Positions 1 through 14,575 of a DNA stretch of 64,000 nt are shown in pieces. Source of the stretch: Felis catus (taxonomy: Eukaryota); NCBI RefSeq assembly GCF_018350175.1, contig NC_058368.1, forward strand, positions 228,720,001 to 228,784,000, read 5' to 3'. The notes under the pieces are model-generated. The model was not told the origin of the DNA and did no database searches. It was given only the letters and a program-made list of their open reading frames with translations. The first letter of the stretch is position 1; every line of letters begins with the position of its first letter. The translations under genes were made by a program, and so were the position numbers.

Positions 1-3000
1 ATTGAACATTAGTTTTAGTTTTCATGAAAGCGACTGGTGTCAATGACAGGATCCCAAAAGTTGAGGCATAAAAGCGTGGATGGTTATCATCTGGTTCAGC
101 ATTCTCAACTCACCAATGAAGAAACAAAAATGATACTTACTCCATCACAACCTATGGTAGAGTTGCAGTGGAGTTCAAGTCATCTGACTATTAGTTAAAA
201 TACCCTCCTTATTTTCGGTTCAACCTCTATTACATAGTTTTCATTGAATATTTTGAATTAGTAAGATATTTTTTGGCAACATAATAATAGGAAACCCTGA
301 GGGCTAGCTTGTTACTACTGCCCAAAAGAGACTCATGGAAACTAAGGCTACGAAGTGAGCCAATTTTTCAAGGGATTAGAGGCAGGGATAGAAAAGGGTC
401 TTGGGGCAAAGCTGCTCCATTCTTGCCTCTTTACCCTCGCCTTGCTGGCATTTGTTCCCTTTGTCTCTCCCCGCCGATCAGCTTCTCTGCTCCTCAGTGA
501 CATCATGCTTGAGAGTTCTGCCATGTGTAGCCAGTGCAATATGAGGCTGTCTCACTACAATTCACTTTAGCCATCAACTTTAGTTTCTGTCATGTGCTCT
601 AGTGCCCCCAACTAATATTTCAGCAACAATAAGGGGCAGTCTGACTGGCTGGTTCAAATCTGGTGTATACTAGCCAGACTTGTTATGGAAAACATGGTTA
701 TGGAAATAGGTTATGGAAAACATGGAAGGGGCATCACTGCCTACAGGATTCGCCTTTGGTTAAGAAGAAGGTATTTTCAGAAAAAAAGGAATATGAGCTG
801 AGAAGACATCCCAGAAATTACCTGACAGAACTTGTTTCCATCACTCAACAAGCATTTATTGAGGGCTGATACCGTGTGTCAGCTTGTAAAAGTGAACAAA
901 AGAGCCAATGTCCCTGGCTTCAGTGAGCTTGTACTCTAACTTAGAGGGCAGTATAATGGATCCTGAAGGGTACACATGTTGCAGGATGCATATTCTGATT
1001 TATAGGAGTTTGGCATTTATAGTTTGGCAATTTATACGCCAATAAGAACTCGAGTCTGGAAAGCTTAACAGTTGAAGAGATTAAATATTCTGCATAATTT
1101 CCCTTTTACGACATTACTAAATCAAATCTATCAACATTTTCAAGTACCTACTGAGTAGTATTCTAGGCACTTCATGGGATACAGAGGAAGAATAATATAG
1201 GTCTTACTGACAAGGAGATTAAGCACTGCTGGGGAAATAATTTACACAGAGAACAACTACAGAATTTAAATATATGTGATTAAGTTTATGCTGGGAGCCA
1301 TGAATGCAAAAAGCACTTGGAGAAAAGAAAAAAATCTCTGTAGGTTGGGTTCACCAAGGAAAACTGTCACAGGACATCGGGGATTTGTATTGGGGCACAA
1401 TTTGAATATGACAATCATATTAGGTTCTATGATTTATTATCTTCTCTAGTGAACGATTAAATATGGTATATATTTTTCTATTAGTACTAATTGAAATATA
1501 TTAATCATGAATAAATGTGAACTTCATAGTCTTTATAGACCAATATGAGACATGGATGATGAATATAGTAGACTTAGAATTGCAGGTATTTGTGATATTC
1601 TGGTTCAGTACAGATTCATCCCAAAGAGATTTACTGATGGATGCAGGTGGTTTACAAAGGGTGGATGATAGAGAATACTGTCATTGGCTAGTGCTGAATT
1701 ATCCCTTATAAAGAAGATGTAAACATTATTTTCCCACTGGAATGGTTGACTGTAGTGTGTGGGCATTAGGCAATCATAGGCAAGACCTAGGATGGCCAGC
1801 AGTGTTTGGAGATCTTGGGGAAAAATGTGCTGAGATCAACGGCACAAATAGAGAAGGAAAATCAAGGCACTAGAAATCCAGGATTCTTATTTGCAAACAA
1901 CTCACGTGATGATTCATTGAAAGTAAAGCTCACAAGAGCGTTCTCAGTCTTTGTAAACCTTTGTCTAGAAAAATGTCAAATTTGCAATGTAGAAAATTAA
2001 GCACCGATGTCATAAAATAGGAAGCAGGGTTTCTGATAATTAATATGACCAGTCAGATCAGAGGTGATATTTCCGTAAAAACAGGATTCCTTTATGCCAA
2101 AAACTACTCGAGGAAATGTTTCGGTTTTAGTGTTTCTTATGTAGGGATCAGAAGAAAAGTGAACAGTGATTTTAATGTGGTCGTGAAAGGTTATTCTATG
2201 ACCTTCTCCCTTCTCTCACCTGCAGTGTCACGACTGCCTGAAAGTCATGCATTGTATTCTCTGTGATATTAGGTTTTATAATTGTCATTTTGGGGGCATT
2301 TATATTACCTCAATACCAATCTTCAGAGCTGGAGATTTTCTGCTGTCATTGTAATGCATAATGTTTAAAACATATGATTTAGGTTGAAGAATTCTTTATT
2401 AACTACTTTTTCTTCTACCTGGAAGCATTGCTGGGGTCTTTCCAAAAGGAATTGCACAAGATGCTTCTCTGTAGCATTTCTGAGCAGAGAGCCATAACAT
2501 TCTTTATTCTTCTCCTTGCGGGCCTGACATATTTCCTTGAAAAGATTATACACATGCTTGTAATAAGAAAGGGTATTTCTGTGGGAGTATAACATTCAGA
2601 GCCAACGGAATATGGATCACAGAATTAACTGTCAAACATAGTTAATACACAGAGAAACTGTGCAAAAATATCACAGGCTTACTGCTGTATCTAAAATCGG
2701 CCTTTGAGTTTTGAGAGAGTTTCCATTTGACTCTGTTGTCAGATGATTTCTGGTAAGAATGAATCCAGCCAGACTGAAGTGCAGAATAACACTTAGAACA
2801 AGATAACTTCTTTGTCTTTCTATACAGCCTGAGGAAAGCTGTTAGTGTATTGTAAAATACACAAATTACACATCAGATTATAATAAGAAACATGCTCAAC
2901 ACAAAAGGCCTAATGATCTTTGAGTCAGGTCACATTTTCATTAGTTTCATTATCCCCACCCCTGCCCCTCCCACCTAGAAACTTAGTGACATTTCTTCAT

Positions 3001-3020
3001 TGAAGGTTTATAGATAGGTT

Positions 3021-3220
3021 TCTTTTTTTAAGTTTATTTATTTATTTTCATTGAGAGAGAGCATGGGGGAGGGGCAAAGAGAGAAGGAGAGAGAAAATTC
3101 CAAGCAGGCTCCATGCTATCAGCACAGAGTCTAGTGAGGGGCTCGATCTCAGGAACCATGAGATCATGACCTGAGCTGAAATCAAGAGTCAGATGCTTAA
3201 CTGAGCCACCCAGGCACCCC
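3021..3220 (-). mobile_element. CanSINE
   Basis: T-rich tail, GA tract, ...TGAGCCACCCAGGCACCCC, flanking duplication TAGGTTTCT. Confidence 0.9.
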
Positions 3221-5087
3221 TCATAGGTAGGTTTCTAGCTCAATGGTCTACCATCCCTTTCCCATGGACGCACACACACACACTTGCGCACACACAAATG
3301 CACACGCTACACACACATGTACACACACCATGCACACTTATATACATACACACAGCAAAATGCACACACACACCCAACAAGTATAGCTATATGCATGCAT
3401 GTTCTGCATTCCCCAGACTGATTTATATTTCAAAACTAAAGGCTTACCCTTATGAAAGCCAGCATCTTTTATGCATTAGGAAGCCAGATAAAGCTCAAAT
3501 CCCACAGTAGCCCATAACCAGCAGAGAATATTATGGAAAATCCATGGGAATGCTACAGTTTATACTCAAGCCTGGTTCATCTCTCCTAGCCCTTGACACA
3601 CAATGCAATGTAAGCACGCTACTGTCTGTAGTCTTGGGTCCTACATAGGGCAGTAGTTTAAGCAGTCCTACCCAGTAGTTTTTGTCAGCAGAAGTTCCCC
3701 CCATGGCTTCTGGTCCTAGGTCACCAAGGATCTGCTAATTGCCAAATTTAACAGACTCCTTTTAGAGAATTACTTAAAATCTCCATAGTACCTGATGCAG
3801 TTGGCTATACTCTCCTCAAAATGTCTCCACTTCTCTCTTTTTAGATTTTCTGCTTTTATCATCACTGCAAGTCTAAGAATTGTCTTGACCAATTCTTGAC
3901 CAAGAATTGTATCAGCTGAAAGTATGGATGTCTTTCTGGGTCTAAGCCTTGCTTTATCTACCACTTCCCAGCACTGTCACATTTTGGATAATTTACTAAA
4001 CCTCTCTCTGTCTCCATTTCCTCAAAAGTAAAACATGGACTACGATAGCACTTATGATGTCAGTATGAAGTTGTGATGACTAAATAATTTAGTATATGTT
4101 AAAGAGTTAGAAACATGTCTGGATCATAGTTATTCCTCCAGAAGTATTAGCTAATGATGGCTCCAATGCTTAGCGCATAGTGAGTGCATTGTAATTGGCA
4201 AAACCCAGTTGCACCAATAATCAAGTAATTAGTCACACCAATAACGAATTAACACTAGTGGTCAGAGTTTTAATTGTTCTCCTTTCCTTCCTAGACCCCT
4301 TGCCCATGTATTCTCAACTTCAGTCACTTCAGCTATGAACTCCATGCTGGTGACTCACAAAAATCCCTGCCCCAACCATTCGGCCAAGCTTTATATTAAC
4401 ATAACTAATTACATATATATTTCCAACTCAACTTCAAATTTTATAGAATTGGCCCCTCATGATTATTTTTATAAATATGTTTCCCTTCCTGCATCTTTTA
4501 CCATGATAAATGTAACTAGGGAGAAACATAGTCAGAAATGTAGATAGTCCTAAGCAAATTGAGACCAATCCCTTAAATTTGAGTCGAAGACATTGACATC
4601 TTTCACGACTATAGCCTTCTCCTTATCCTCACTGCTTCTTTCTTGGCTCCGGTCTTCATCTTACCCGAACTATTAAAATAATCTCTTAAATAGTCTCCCT
4701 ACCTCTAAAATGTAACCCCTCCAATGTATCTTACCCCTCAACAATCCTCTTAAATGTTCTCTCTTAGGTGAAATAATCATATTTTTCTTCTCCCTAAAAG
4801 AATTTCATTGTTTCCCTTTGTCTGGACAAGAAAGAAAGTCCCCCAACTAGAATGTCTTCAATAATCTGGTCTTTTTCACCTTTCTAGGTTAATTTCACAC
4901 TCCTCTCTGCTGACTACCTTGCCGTTTCCTATCTTGGGTAAAAGGTAGTGTCAGTGGCCATGGAAGAGTGCAAGGTTTTAACATACAAATTTTTAGTCAA
5001 TTGTTGAAAGGAACTTACAGAGAGAAACAAAGATATTCATGGTGGCCCCTCAACTTTTGGGTCTTGGAATATTCTGGTAATATATTT

Positions 5088-5186
5088 TCACACACACACA
5101 CACATGTACACACTTGTAATTATTATATATACATATATATGTATACATGTATGTATATATACATATATATGTATACATGTATGTAT

Positions 5187-5235
<49 letters not shown>
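5088..5235. repeat. Compound (CA)n/(TA)n/(TG)n microsatellite with a short tandem duplication
   Basis: Dinucleotide runs and two copies of TATATATACATATATATGTATACATGTATG. Confidence 0.9.
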
Positions 5236-6389
5236 AAGATTCCATGATACTTTGTGTCTTGATGGTCTTACTTGTAACTCATAATTCTAAACATTACAAA
5301 GTTAAATATTGTGGGATAGAAGTTATATATTAAAACAAAAATAAGTAGAGTTACCCAGGTGTGTGTTTTTCTTTATAAGGAGGAAACATAGTGTATATTT
5401 TATATAATGTATATAACATATTATTGTTGTCATTTGCATTTTTATGCTGAGTTTGTCTTTTCCATGAAATAAAACCAATACTTGCTAAATTTAATTATAG
5501 TTTCCTTATAAGAATTAAGAATCATTTCATTTTCTCGATTCTTAGGCTGTTTATGGTTTTGTTTAAATAGACTTTGTGAGAGGATTGCCTTCCAGGTACC
5601 TTTCTGGAAATATGAGTTCTCAGGAGCCTACTCTGGGGACAACGGAGGAAGGAACGCAATTATCATGAGATTGTGGAGGCTCATGAGGACCAAAGGATGC
5701 TAATAGTGCATGTGATCCCCAGCCTTCAAGGCAGACATGGGCTGACTGCCATCTGGCAAACAGATCCTAAACCCAGCATCTGGGCCTGCTTCTTTACTCT
5801 TTTCCAAATGATGCAGTCTGCAAGTAACAATTCCTGATCATTAATTACTTTGACTCCAGTGTGAATTTTATGACTAATTATGGCCTCAAAAGGAAGGCTC
5901 AGCCTTCTGTGCCACTGCTACTTTGTTTCCTGGTAAGCTGGGCACTGTGCTCAGGCTGTTCCAAGTGTTCTGACTGGCTGGAGAGTGAATAAAATCTTTT
6001 GCCTCCCAGTGAGACGCTCTTCTATTAAATTCATCCACAGGGATTCTCGCCAACACTACACATTCAGACAAATGCTGTTCTAAATTAGTTCCCCAGCCAA
6101 CTATTCAGTGAAATCATAAATGATTTAAAACTATTAGCTTAAAATAACCTCTGCTGTTGTTTGTCCTTGCTGAATGCCTTCGAAGAAATCTACCCTTTAT
6201 TTAATGCGGTGTGATTTGGGTCATTTAAAGGAAAATATCATATTGTTTTTTGATTCTAATTTTCTTATACTTTCCACCTACTTTGTTTCTATTAACCCTA
6301 GTAAGATAGGAAGCATTTCCTTCTTTTTTTCTTTCAATCCACAGTTAGAATTATACATGCCTTAGCTCCCACTGCCATACCCGTGTTTA

Positions 6390-6580
6390 CATTTTTATTT
6401 TAATTCCAGTTAACACATAGTATTATATTAGTTTTAGGTGTGTGATATAGTGATTCAGCAATTCCATATAACACCCAGTGCTCATCAGGACAAATGCCCT
6501 CCTTACTCCTCATTGCCTGTCTCACCCATCCCCACCCATCCCCCCTCTGGTAACCATCAGTTTGTTCTTTATAATTGCAA
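6390..6580 (-). mobile_element. Carnivore L1 3' end fragment
   Basis: TATAGTGATTCAGCAATTCCATATAACACCCAGTGCTCATC...GGTAACCATCAGTTTGTTC, typical reverse-oriented L1 3'UTR. Confidence 0.65.
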
Positions 6581-7599
6581 GTCCCCCATACCTCTTATCT
6601 AGTAAAACATATCAATAATATTTTCTCCAACTCATTATCTAACCTCAACTCTTTGCTTTTTCTCAAGAACAAAACTTAAAAAAAATTCTCACAGATTCAC
6701 CCAGAACGGAAACAGTAACCATTGTAGGAAATAGATATTTTGCACCAATTAACGAAGATACAATAAATTCTTCTATTGCCCTGTGTTGAACACAATTAAC
6801 CTGGTGGGCTATGACCTTGTCTTTATTTGTATGCATTTATTTTATTTGGTTTATTTCAGTATAAGTCTGAACACTTTGATACATTTTGCAAAAAAGAATT
6901 CAAATAAATCTGAGCACTTTGATACACTTTAAGAAAAGAATTCAAATTAAACATCAAATCAGATGGTTTTTATTGTAATAATATAGAAATAAGATGTGAA
7001 AGAATTGTGAAGCTATCCATGTGATTTTTTGAATGCTAATGAAATTCTGTAGTGAATTTTTGTTGTAGCCGAAGCTAGGTAGGAAATCAATGGTAATTAG
7101 AAACTTTTGCTCATTCTTAACATTTAACCCTATCCACACCATTCTTAAAAATGTTTAGAGATGATGTAAACTCTATGCATATATGACCCAGAGGACTAAA
7201 TGATAACAGATGTGATAAGGGGTGAATATCAAAATCAGATCAGCATTCTATCTCCACGTAAATAATATCCTTAAGAGAATGAGAGTATTCATACCATCAA
7301 CTTAATGAAGAGTGAGCAATTCTGATAAAAATTCAAACTTAAAATTTTCCTGTACCCAACTAGGTTTTGAAAATACTTTTGATTTTGACAAAAAAAATAA
7401 AGATAGTAAAGGCATCACAGAAAGCAATGAAATAAGATGATGTACATAAAACTTCACTTTATGAAACAGTATTTTATCATTTATGACTCATAATAAGAAG
7501 CTTCCCTTTATTCTCTTTACTATTCTGGAGAGTCACTCTTGGGTGACCCTAGAGTATGTGTCTTTAAAAAATTCTACATAACAAGATGGAAGTACGAAC

Positions 7600-8640
7600 C
7601 AAGCACATTTGTTGCAAAATGAAATATGTTTATCTTGAATAGCAGTACCTGTGGAATTGTTTGAGATGTGAGGTACACTAGCTGCTTGTTTCATGGGGAC
7701 ACCATTTTTATTTTAAACAATTGTTGACATGTTGTTTAAATATTGTTGACATATTTTATGGGGCGCCTGGATGGCTCAGTCGGTTAAGTGTCTGACTTCT
7801 GCTCAGGTCATGATCTTGCAGTTCATGGGTTCAAGCCCTGCATCAGGCTCTGTGCTGACAGCTCAGAGCCTGGAGCCTGCTTTGGATTCTGTGTCTCCTT
7901 CTCTCTGTTCCTCCTGCACTCACACTCTGTCTCTCTCTCTCTGTCTCATAAATAAATAAAGCTTAAAAAATTCAAAAAAGACATTGTTGACATATTTATA
8001 TTTTAAACAAGGATTGGCAATCACACCAGTTATTCTATTTGAGTATTTGAAAGATATTTTCTTGAAATTATCAACGAAGTGAGATTAAACAACTGACAGT
8101 ATTTGCTACCAATGATTATATTGAACATTTCGAGTGAAAATTAGAATTTTTGAAAACTTACATCCATCATCATGATCTTGAGAGAGTCCTGATTCTTAAA
8201 GACTTTTCTGATGGGATCACTAGTGATATTAACAAATGTACTATCTTGATATTATATAAGGAAGCTTGTCAACATTTTGATTATCTGCAACATTCAGTGA
8301 ACCAATGTATGGCAAATGCCAATAAATTATGTTACAAAATCATACATGGGTAAATGATCCATTCAGAGCTCAGGAGAATGGATTTTAATGTAATAGAATA
8401 CAAAAAGTACGTAGATAAAATTCACATTCCACATTGAAGTTAACCTTTAAGAAACCACAACTTGTCAAATTTTGCTGTGGAAGCAAAGAATATTTACAAT
8501 TATCTACAAATTCTTTTAAAATACTTGTGCCGTTTCCAGCTACATAGATGTGGGAGGCAACACATGGCATGCCCAAGCAGATGTGGTAACCCTCCTGTGG
8601 TCTGTTAAGCTAGACATTAAAGAAATGTTCAAAACATTCA
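7600..8640 (+). mobile_element. Ancient hAT-Charlie-like DNA transposon fragment
   Basis: Decayed transposase C-terminus-like text (EYLQLS...ILVPFPATYxxE, AAGCTAGACATTAAAGAAAT). Recognised from memory; boundaries approximate. Confidence 0.55.
7760..7980 (+). mobile_element. CanSINE inside a hAT fragment
   Basis: GGGGCGCCTGGATGGCTCAGTCGG head, A tail, TSD ATTGTTGACATATTT. Confidence 0.9.
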
Positions 8641-10756
8641 CATGATTCTCTTCTTCCTCCTCTCTTTTTTTGAGGGAATATAGAATATAGTAATTTTGAC
8701 TAAAAGGTATGGCATTTACATTAACACGAAACCTCATTCAGCACATACAAATAACACTTTCATTTCCTTTTGTAAAATTGCTATTGCAAATTACTTTCTA
8801 ATTGAAATTTTTAAGCATTCTTAGAACCAGTTCTAGAATTTTTATGAACAAATATCAAATATAACTATATGCTCCCATTTTCTGTATTTAATTATAACGG
8901 TAACATAATATGCATATTATTATTTATCTTGTTTTTTTTTTCCTTTCAAATACCTTGAGATCATTCCCAATTTGTAAATGGGATGCTTTCTGCTGAGTTG
9001 AGATCAGACTTTCATTTAAAGACCTTGTCTTAAGTATAATGTTTATAAATGCTTCATCGTTAACAGAATAGACCTCTTCACTCATTTGTTCATTCATGTA
9101 TCTATCAAATGTTTATGAATGCTTACTATTTTTCCAGCATTGTTCTAAGTGTTTGCAATACACTGAGGAACTGGAGGAGGAACTTTGTGAGTGAAGCCAG
9201 AGAGATCTCAGGAGAGACTCCTAAGAGTTGGGCATATTATATGTTGTTTTGTTTTAGGAAAATGCATAACAGTGGAATAGAGATTTCATGGTGTATGTAG
9301 AATATGCTTCAAAGCTTTCAGATATGTGCTAATTTGATTGGGTTTGTACCATACATTTATCTTATAAACTTTAGAATTTTGTTTTGCCAAGTTTTGTAAA
9401 TGGGGCATTTATTTATATCAAAATGAGACATGGGATAGAATTTTGTTTTTGTTTTGTTTTTGAGATGTTGTGATGATTTGTGCTAAAAGGAAGTAAATCA
9501 TTTCCAAAATATATGTCGGCTCTGAAACAAAATGTTCTTTGGGCATCAGAAAGCTGTGAGATTTCAAACAAATATATTTATCATCAGGGCCTACTCTAAC
9601 TGGATCCTGCCAAGATATGATTGTGGTTATTGAAAAAAAAATAATACCACATTCTTATTACCCGACTCATAACTTAAGAAGGCTTGGGGTTAACATTTTT
9701 TTATAGAATTTTCATGCCTTTTACTTTGTTTCCTACATCCATAACACTTAAAATGATGAAATATAATTGGATGACATTTTCCTCGCAAGTAAGGTTTACA
9801 TTGATTCTCCTTTTCAAAAAGATCATAATGTCTGAGAAAGTAAAGACAGTTTTCTAGCAGCAGAACAAGGCAATCGGTTGGAGGTTTATCCCTTTATTAG
9901 ACATTTTCAACAGTGGAAAGGAAACCACTATTGTACGTGTTATAAGGCAATACCCTTGTATACTGGGGATTAAGACTAAAAGTGTTAGTGTGAGCTGCAT
10001 TGATGAGAGAGGAACTCGGGTTCTAATTTCAATGTAGGCGTTCGCTAGCCATATATTTGGATGTGCAATTTGACTTCTCCAGGCCGACTTCTCTGATTTC
10101 TTTAATGAAGAGCCTTGGCTTCGTGATGTCTAAGGTCTCTTACAGGCCACATCAAAGTTTTAATGGCTTCTTGTTCTTTTATTCTTTCTTAAAGAATGTA
10201 GCCATTCTGTAATGTTTGGGGGAGAAGTGTGCAGATAGTTGAAGTCATAATGGAATTTCAAACCAGCAGATATTTTTGGAGCAGGGAATTTTACTTAAAT
10301 AACACAAAAGTGAGTAAAACACGGACCCTTGCTTTCTGCAAGTCTAATACGTGAGATCAGTTAAGCAGTATAATGTTACAGTACATGTGCGCATAAAATT
10401 TCTTGGAGAAGTAAAGTTCAGTTTCAAAAATCACTTCCTGTGGGTGGCCCTCCATGATTGTTATGTTAGTCTAAGGCCCTGTTATACTATGATAATATGT
10501 ATGAAAATAGTAATACCTATTATTTACTGAATGCTAGAAACCATTCTAAGTGCTTTATATCTACTAATTTATTTAGTTCTTATAAAAGCCCTACAAAATT
10601 TTGTTACCATTATCATTAGCAAAAGATGGACAATGTGAGGCTCAAAGAATTTAAGTTTTCCCCCCAAATCCACACAGCTGCTAAGAGTCAGAGTCAGGAC
10701 TAAACCTTAAGACCTTGATTCTCACACATCTTCTCCAAAGTACATTTCACTGTGAT

Positions 10757-10983
10757 TTTTATTTTTATTTATTTTTAATTTATTTTTAATGTTTATTTAT
10801 TTTTGAGAGAGAGAGAGCATGAGTGTGGGAGGAGCAGAGAAAGGGAGACACAGAATCCAAAGCAGGCTCCAGGCTCTGAGCTGTCAGTACAGAGCCGGAC
10901 AAGGGGCTCAAACTTAACAAACCGTGAGATCATCGCCTGAGCCTAAGTCAGATGCTTAACCTACTGAGCCACTCCAGTGCCCC
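10757..10983 (-). mobile_element. CanSINE
   Basis: Reverse SINE with TSD TTCACTGTGA. Confidence 0.9.
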
Positions 10984-11849
10984 TTCACTGTGAATTTGTA
11001 AAAAAAAAAAAATACACACTGCTCTCACTTTCATAATTCAAGGAAACACTAATATAAATAGATTAGAGTTTTTGTTCTTTGCCTGACTATTGCCTCCAAA
11101 TTTTAGAATTCTATTTGTAAAATTTGAAATATATAGAAATGTAGGGTGTACTATAAAATAACTTTTACTTTTATGAAACTCATCAATTATAGTTTTGCTA
11201 CCCAAATTCTAGAGTAATTTTAATTCAGTATCCACTACTTACATAATTTAATGAAAATAAATCTTTCTACACAAGAGACCCAGTCTTCTATTTTAGAATG
11301 TTTTCTTCCTTGGTTAATTAACTTTTACTGTACACTGTTCTTTCAAACAGAAGATGAATTGTTGACAGCGGTGGGCATTTTGTTTTCCTGAAACTTGGAT
11401 GTTTATTATAATGGAAACAAAACGTCTGTCTATGTCTTTCGTTTTCTGCTTCCTCTACCTCCGTGCCCTCAGATGGGGACATTCTCTTTCTTAAGGTGAT
11501 CCTTTGGAAGTAGCACAAAGGTTTTTAGAATTGTTATTCTAACACATTTTGAAGTTTGAGAACACAGCTCTAGTCTACATTATCTTTATTCGGAAACTTT
11601 TAAATGAATATTGTTACTTTTTTGTTAGAATAAGCTATCATTTGAATTAATTAACCTTGTAAAAATCATAAATTCTTGGGAGTTTTAATTGAAAGGCAAA
11701 CAGAAGCAGACATTGTATGATGATCACTGTCATTTAATAAACATCACAAAAATCAATTATATTAAAAATTAACACTTTTCTTATAGTAAATTTTTAAAAA
11801 AGGTAATTTCATTAAAGGACTAAATAGTTTTACATTTTATATCATAATT

Positions 11850-12763
11850 AAGGAGTCTATTTACCAGGAAGATCTAACAATTGTAAACATTTATGCTTCA
11901 AACGTGAAAGAACCCAAATATATAAATCAATTAATCACAAACAAAAAGAAATTCATTGGTAACAATACGGTAATAGTAGAGGATTCAATACCCTACTTAC
12001 AGCAATGGACAGATCATCTAAACAGAAAATCAACAAGGAAACAATGTCTTTGAATGACACATTGTACCGGGTGGACTTAATAGACATACACAGAACATTT
12101 CATCCTAAAGCAGCGGAATATACAGTCTTCTCCAGTGCATATGGAACATCCTCCAGAATAGACCACATACTGAGACACAAATCAGCCCTCAGCAAGTACA
12201 AAAAGATGAAGATCATACGATGAATATTTTCAGACCACAATGCTATGAAACTTGAAATCAACCACAATAAAAAATTTGGAAAGAGAACAAATACTTGGAG
12301 ACTAAAGAACATCCTACTAAAGGATGAATGGGTTAACCAAGAAGTTAAAGAGGAAATTAAAAAGTACGTGGAAGCCAATGAAAATGGTAATCCCACAGCC
12401 CAAAACCGCTGGCATGTGGCAAAAGTGGTCATAAGAGAGAAGTATATAGCAATTCAGGCCTCCCTAAATAAGGAGGAAAGTTCTCAGATATACAATCTAA
12501 CCTTACACCTTAAAGAGCTGGAAAAAGAACAGCAAATAAAACCCCAAAACAGCAGAAGTCAGGAAATAAAGGATAGAGCAGAAATCAATGCTATCAAAAC
12601 CAAAAAAACCAGTAGAACAGATCGATGAAACCAGAAGCTGGTTCTTTGAAAGAATTAACAAAATTGATAAACCCCCAGCCAGTTTGATCAAAAAGGAAAA
12701 GGAAAGGGCCCAAATAAATAAAATCAAGAATGAAAGAGGAGAGATCACAACCAACACAGCAGA
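11850..12763 (+). mobile_element. LINE-1 ORF2 fragment (endonuclease C-terminal part and linker), frameshifted
   Basis: MDRSSKQKINKET, YTVFSSAYGTSSRIDHIL, FSDHNAMKLEINH, ETRSWFFERINKIDKP, KNERGEITTNT. Confidence 0.93.
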
Positions 12764-14309
12764 GAGACAAGGCACAGTTCTTTATCAAATTACTCTACTA
12801 CTCCCTTTCTCTTACAAATCTCCCTTCTCTTTCAATCTTCTTTCTTTGGGTATGTCTGCAGGGATTTTTTAAAACAGTATCTGGGTATTTTTTATTATAT
12901 CTGAAAAGTGGTGTATCCTGAGAAAATACTTTTTATCCCTCAGAAAATAATTCAATAACCTGTAGGTAACTGAATGAAATTCAGGGGAAAAAAGTACAAA
13001 GTGGTTAAGATGACATTTCCTTTTCTTTATGTTGCATTATGGATGAATTAAACAATTTAAAAATAATATCAAATGACAGATGCATTGGTAATACTTAAAG
13101 ATACCAGAATCATGAAGTAAGGCTTTATTATAAGTCTTCAGGTAAGGCAATAAGAGTATCTAGGCTCTTAAAGCTTAAGTATATTGAAATAATTGTCACG
13201 GGAATTTACTACTATGTAGCAGCTGTAAAACTGTGCCACATTAGTTCCACTGTTTACCAGTACATATTTATCTTCTGGGTTTGTGTTTCAAAATATTTTG
13301 TTTTCCCCAAGTCATAGCTATTATTAATTAACTACATGAATCCAACACCTGCATTCTGAATTCTCATAGTGCAAACAGAAAACCACTAATTATGATGGCA
13401 AGAAGAAATTTGGGACGATATGCAAATAAAGTCCATGAATAATGATCGTCAAGGAAACATATTGCCGGAAAGCTCAAAAAGATGAATGAGCTGAGACGTT
13501 TTCCATGTTGAAACAGAAGATCTTATTCTATAACTTGAATTCTAATATTGAGCACCATTTATGCAACCTTGGTCACTACATAAAATGAGATATAGACCAT
13601 TAACTTTAGGGTCTAGTTGGTTGATTGGGTGTTAAGTAGGAAGCTTCGAGAGAACAGGACAGAACCCATTGAAGTGGGCTACAATGTAGCTAATAAGATC
13701 ATTTTTGTTCATGCTGACACATACTTCCAGTAAGGGCGATGCTTATACCTAAGAAGGACAGAGACTCAATGGGAATGAGGCCATTAAGTAGCTGGTGAGG
13801 TCATCAGTAATTTCTCATGCTGGTAAACACTTCCAAAAAAACAAAAACAAAAACCAAACCGCCTTATACACAGAAGAGCAGATAGTTCACAGCAATGTGC
13901 TCTTTGGAATGACAACAAGGTCTCCAGCAATAATCATGCTCTTCACAGTTGATTACGGTGTTGAAATTTCCACTGTATGTATATGTATTTATTTATTAAA
14001 TTGAGGCACAAAACTTATCTAGAAAAATCTTTACAATTTTTTCTGGACAAATTAAAGAACCTTTGGAAAGAGCAATGTATTGAACTTTCTCTAATTTGGT
14101 GGACGCTAATCTAAGAGAATGGTCAGTCTTCCACAAAACTTGAAGGCAGATTCTTTCTTGTGGCAAACGAGTTGGTAAAATTCATACTCCATCCAGAGCA
14201 TTGGGCGATGACATGGGATAGGTACTATTCGTGAGGAGATCCTACCAAGTACGATAGAACGTGGATCTAAGTGGCTGAAGAATATGAAAGGGAACTATAA
14301 AATGTAAAT

Positions 14310-14575
14310 ATACATATTACTCTACTTACATAAAATATACAGAATAGGTAAATTCGTAGAGATAGAACTTAGGTTAGAGGTTACCAAGGGTTAGGGGGAG
14401 GGGAAATGGGGAGTTAGTGCCTGGTGGGTACAAAGTTTCTACTTGGGGTGATAAAAATTTTGGAAATAGAGATGACAATTGCACAACATTCTGAATGTAA
14501 TTAATGCCATGAATTTTACACTTAAAAATGTATTAAAATGGTGCATTTTATGCTTACCACTATAAAAGAAAAATA
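14310..14575 (+). mobile_element. Old L1M 3' end
   Basis: AGAATAGGTAAATTCGTAGAGATAGAA...GGGTACAAAGTTTC...TTGCACAACATTCTGAATGTAATTAATGCC 3'UTR signature. Confidence 0.7.

Noticed and set aside
670..730. Repeated TTATGGAAAACATGG units, and a ~43-bp duplication at 6867-6950
   Set aside because: Local slippage duplications without spacers; not CRISPR-like and no evidence of function.
2419..2535. Possible 117-nt symmetric minus-strand exon (EICQARKEK...QQCFQ)
   Set aside because: Weak donor (GTAGAA), short pyrimidine tract, no recognised homology and no partner exons.
7760..7840. tRNA-like A/B boxes here and at other SINE heads
   Set aside because: They are CanSINE heads followed by (CT)n and A tails, not tRNA genes.
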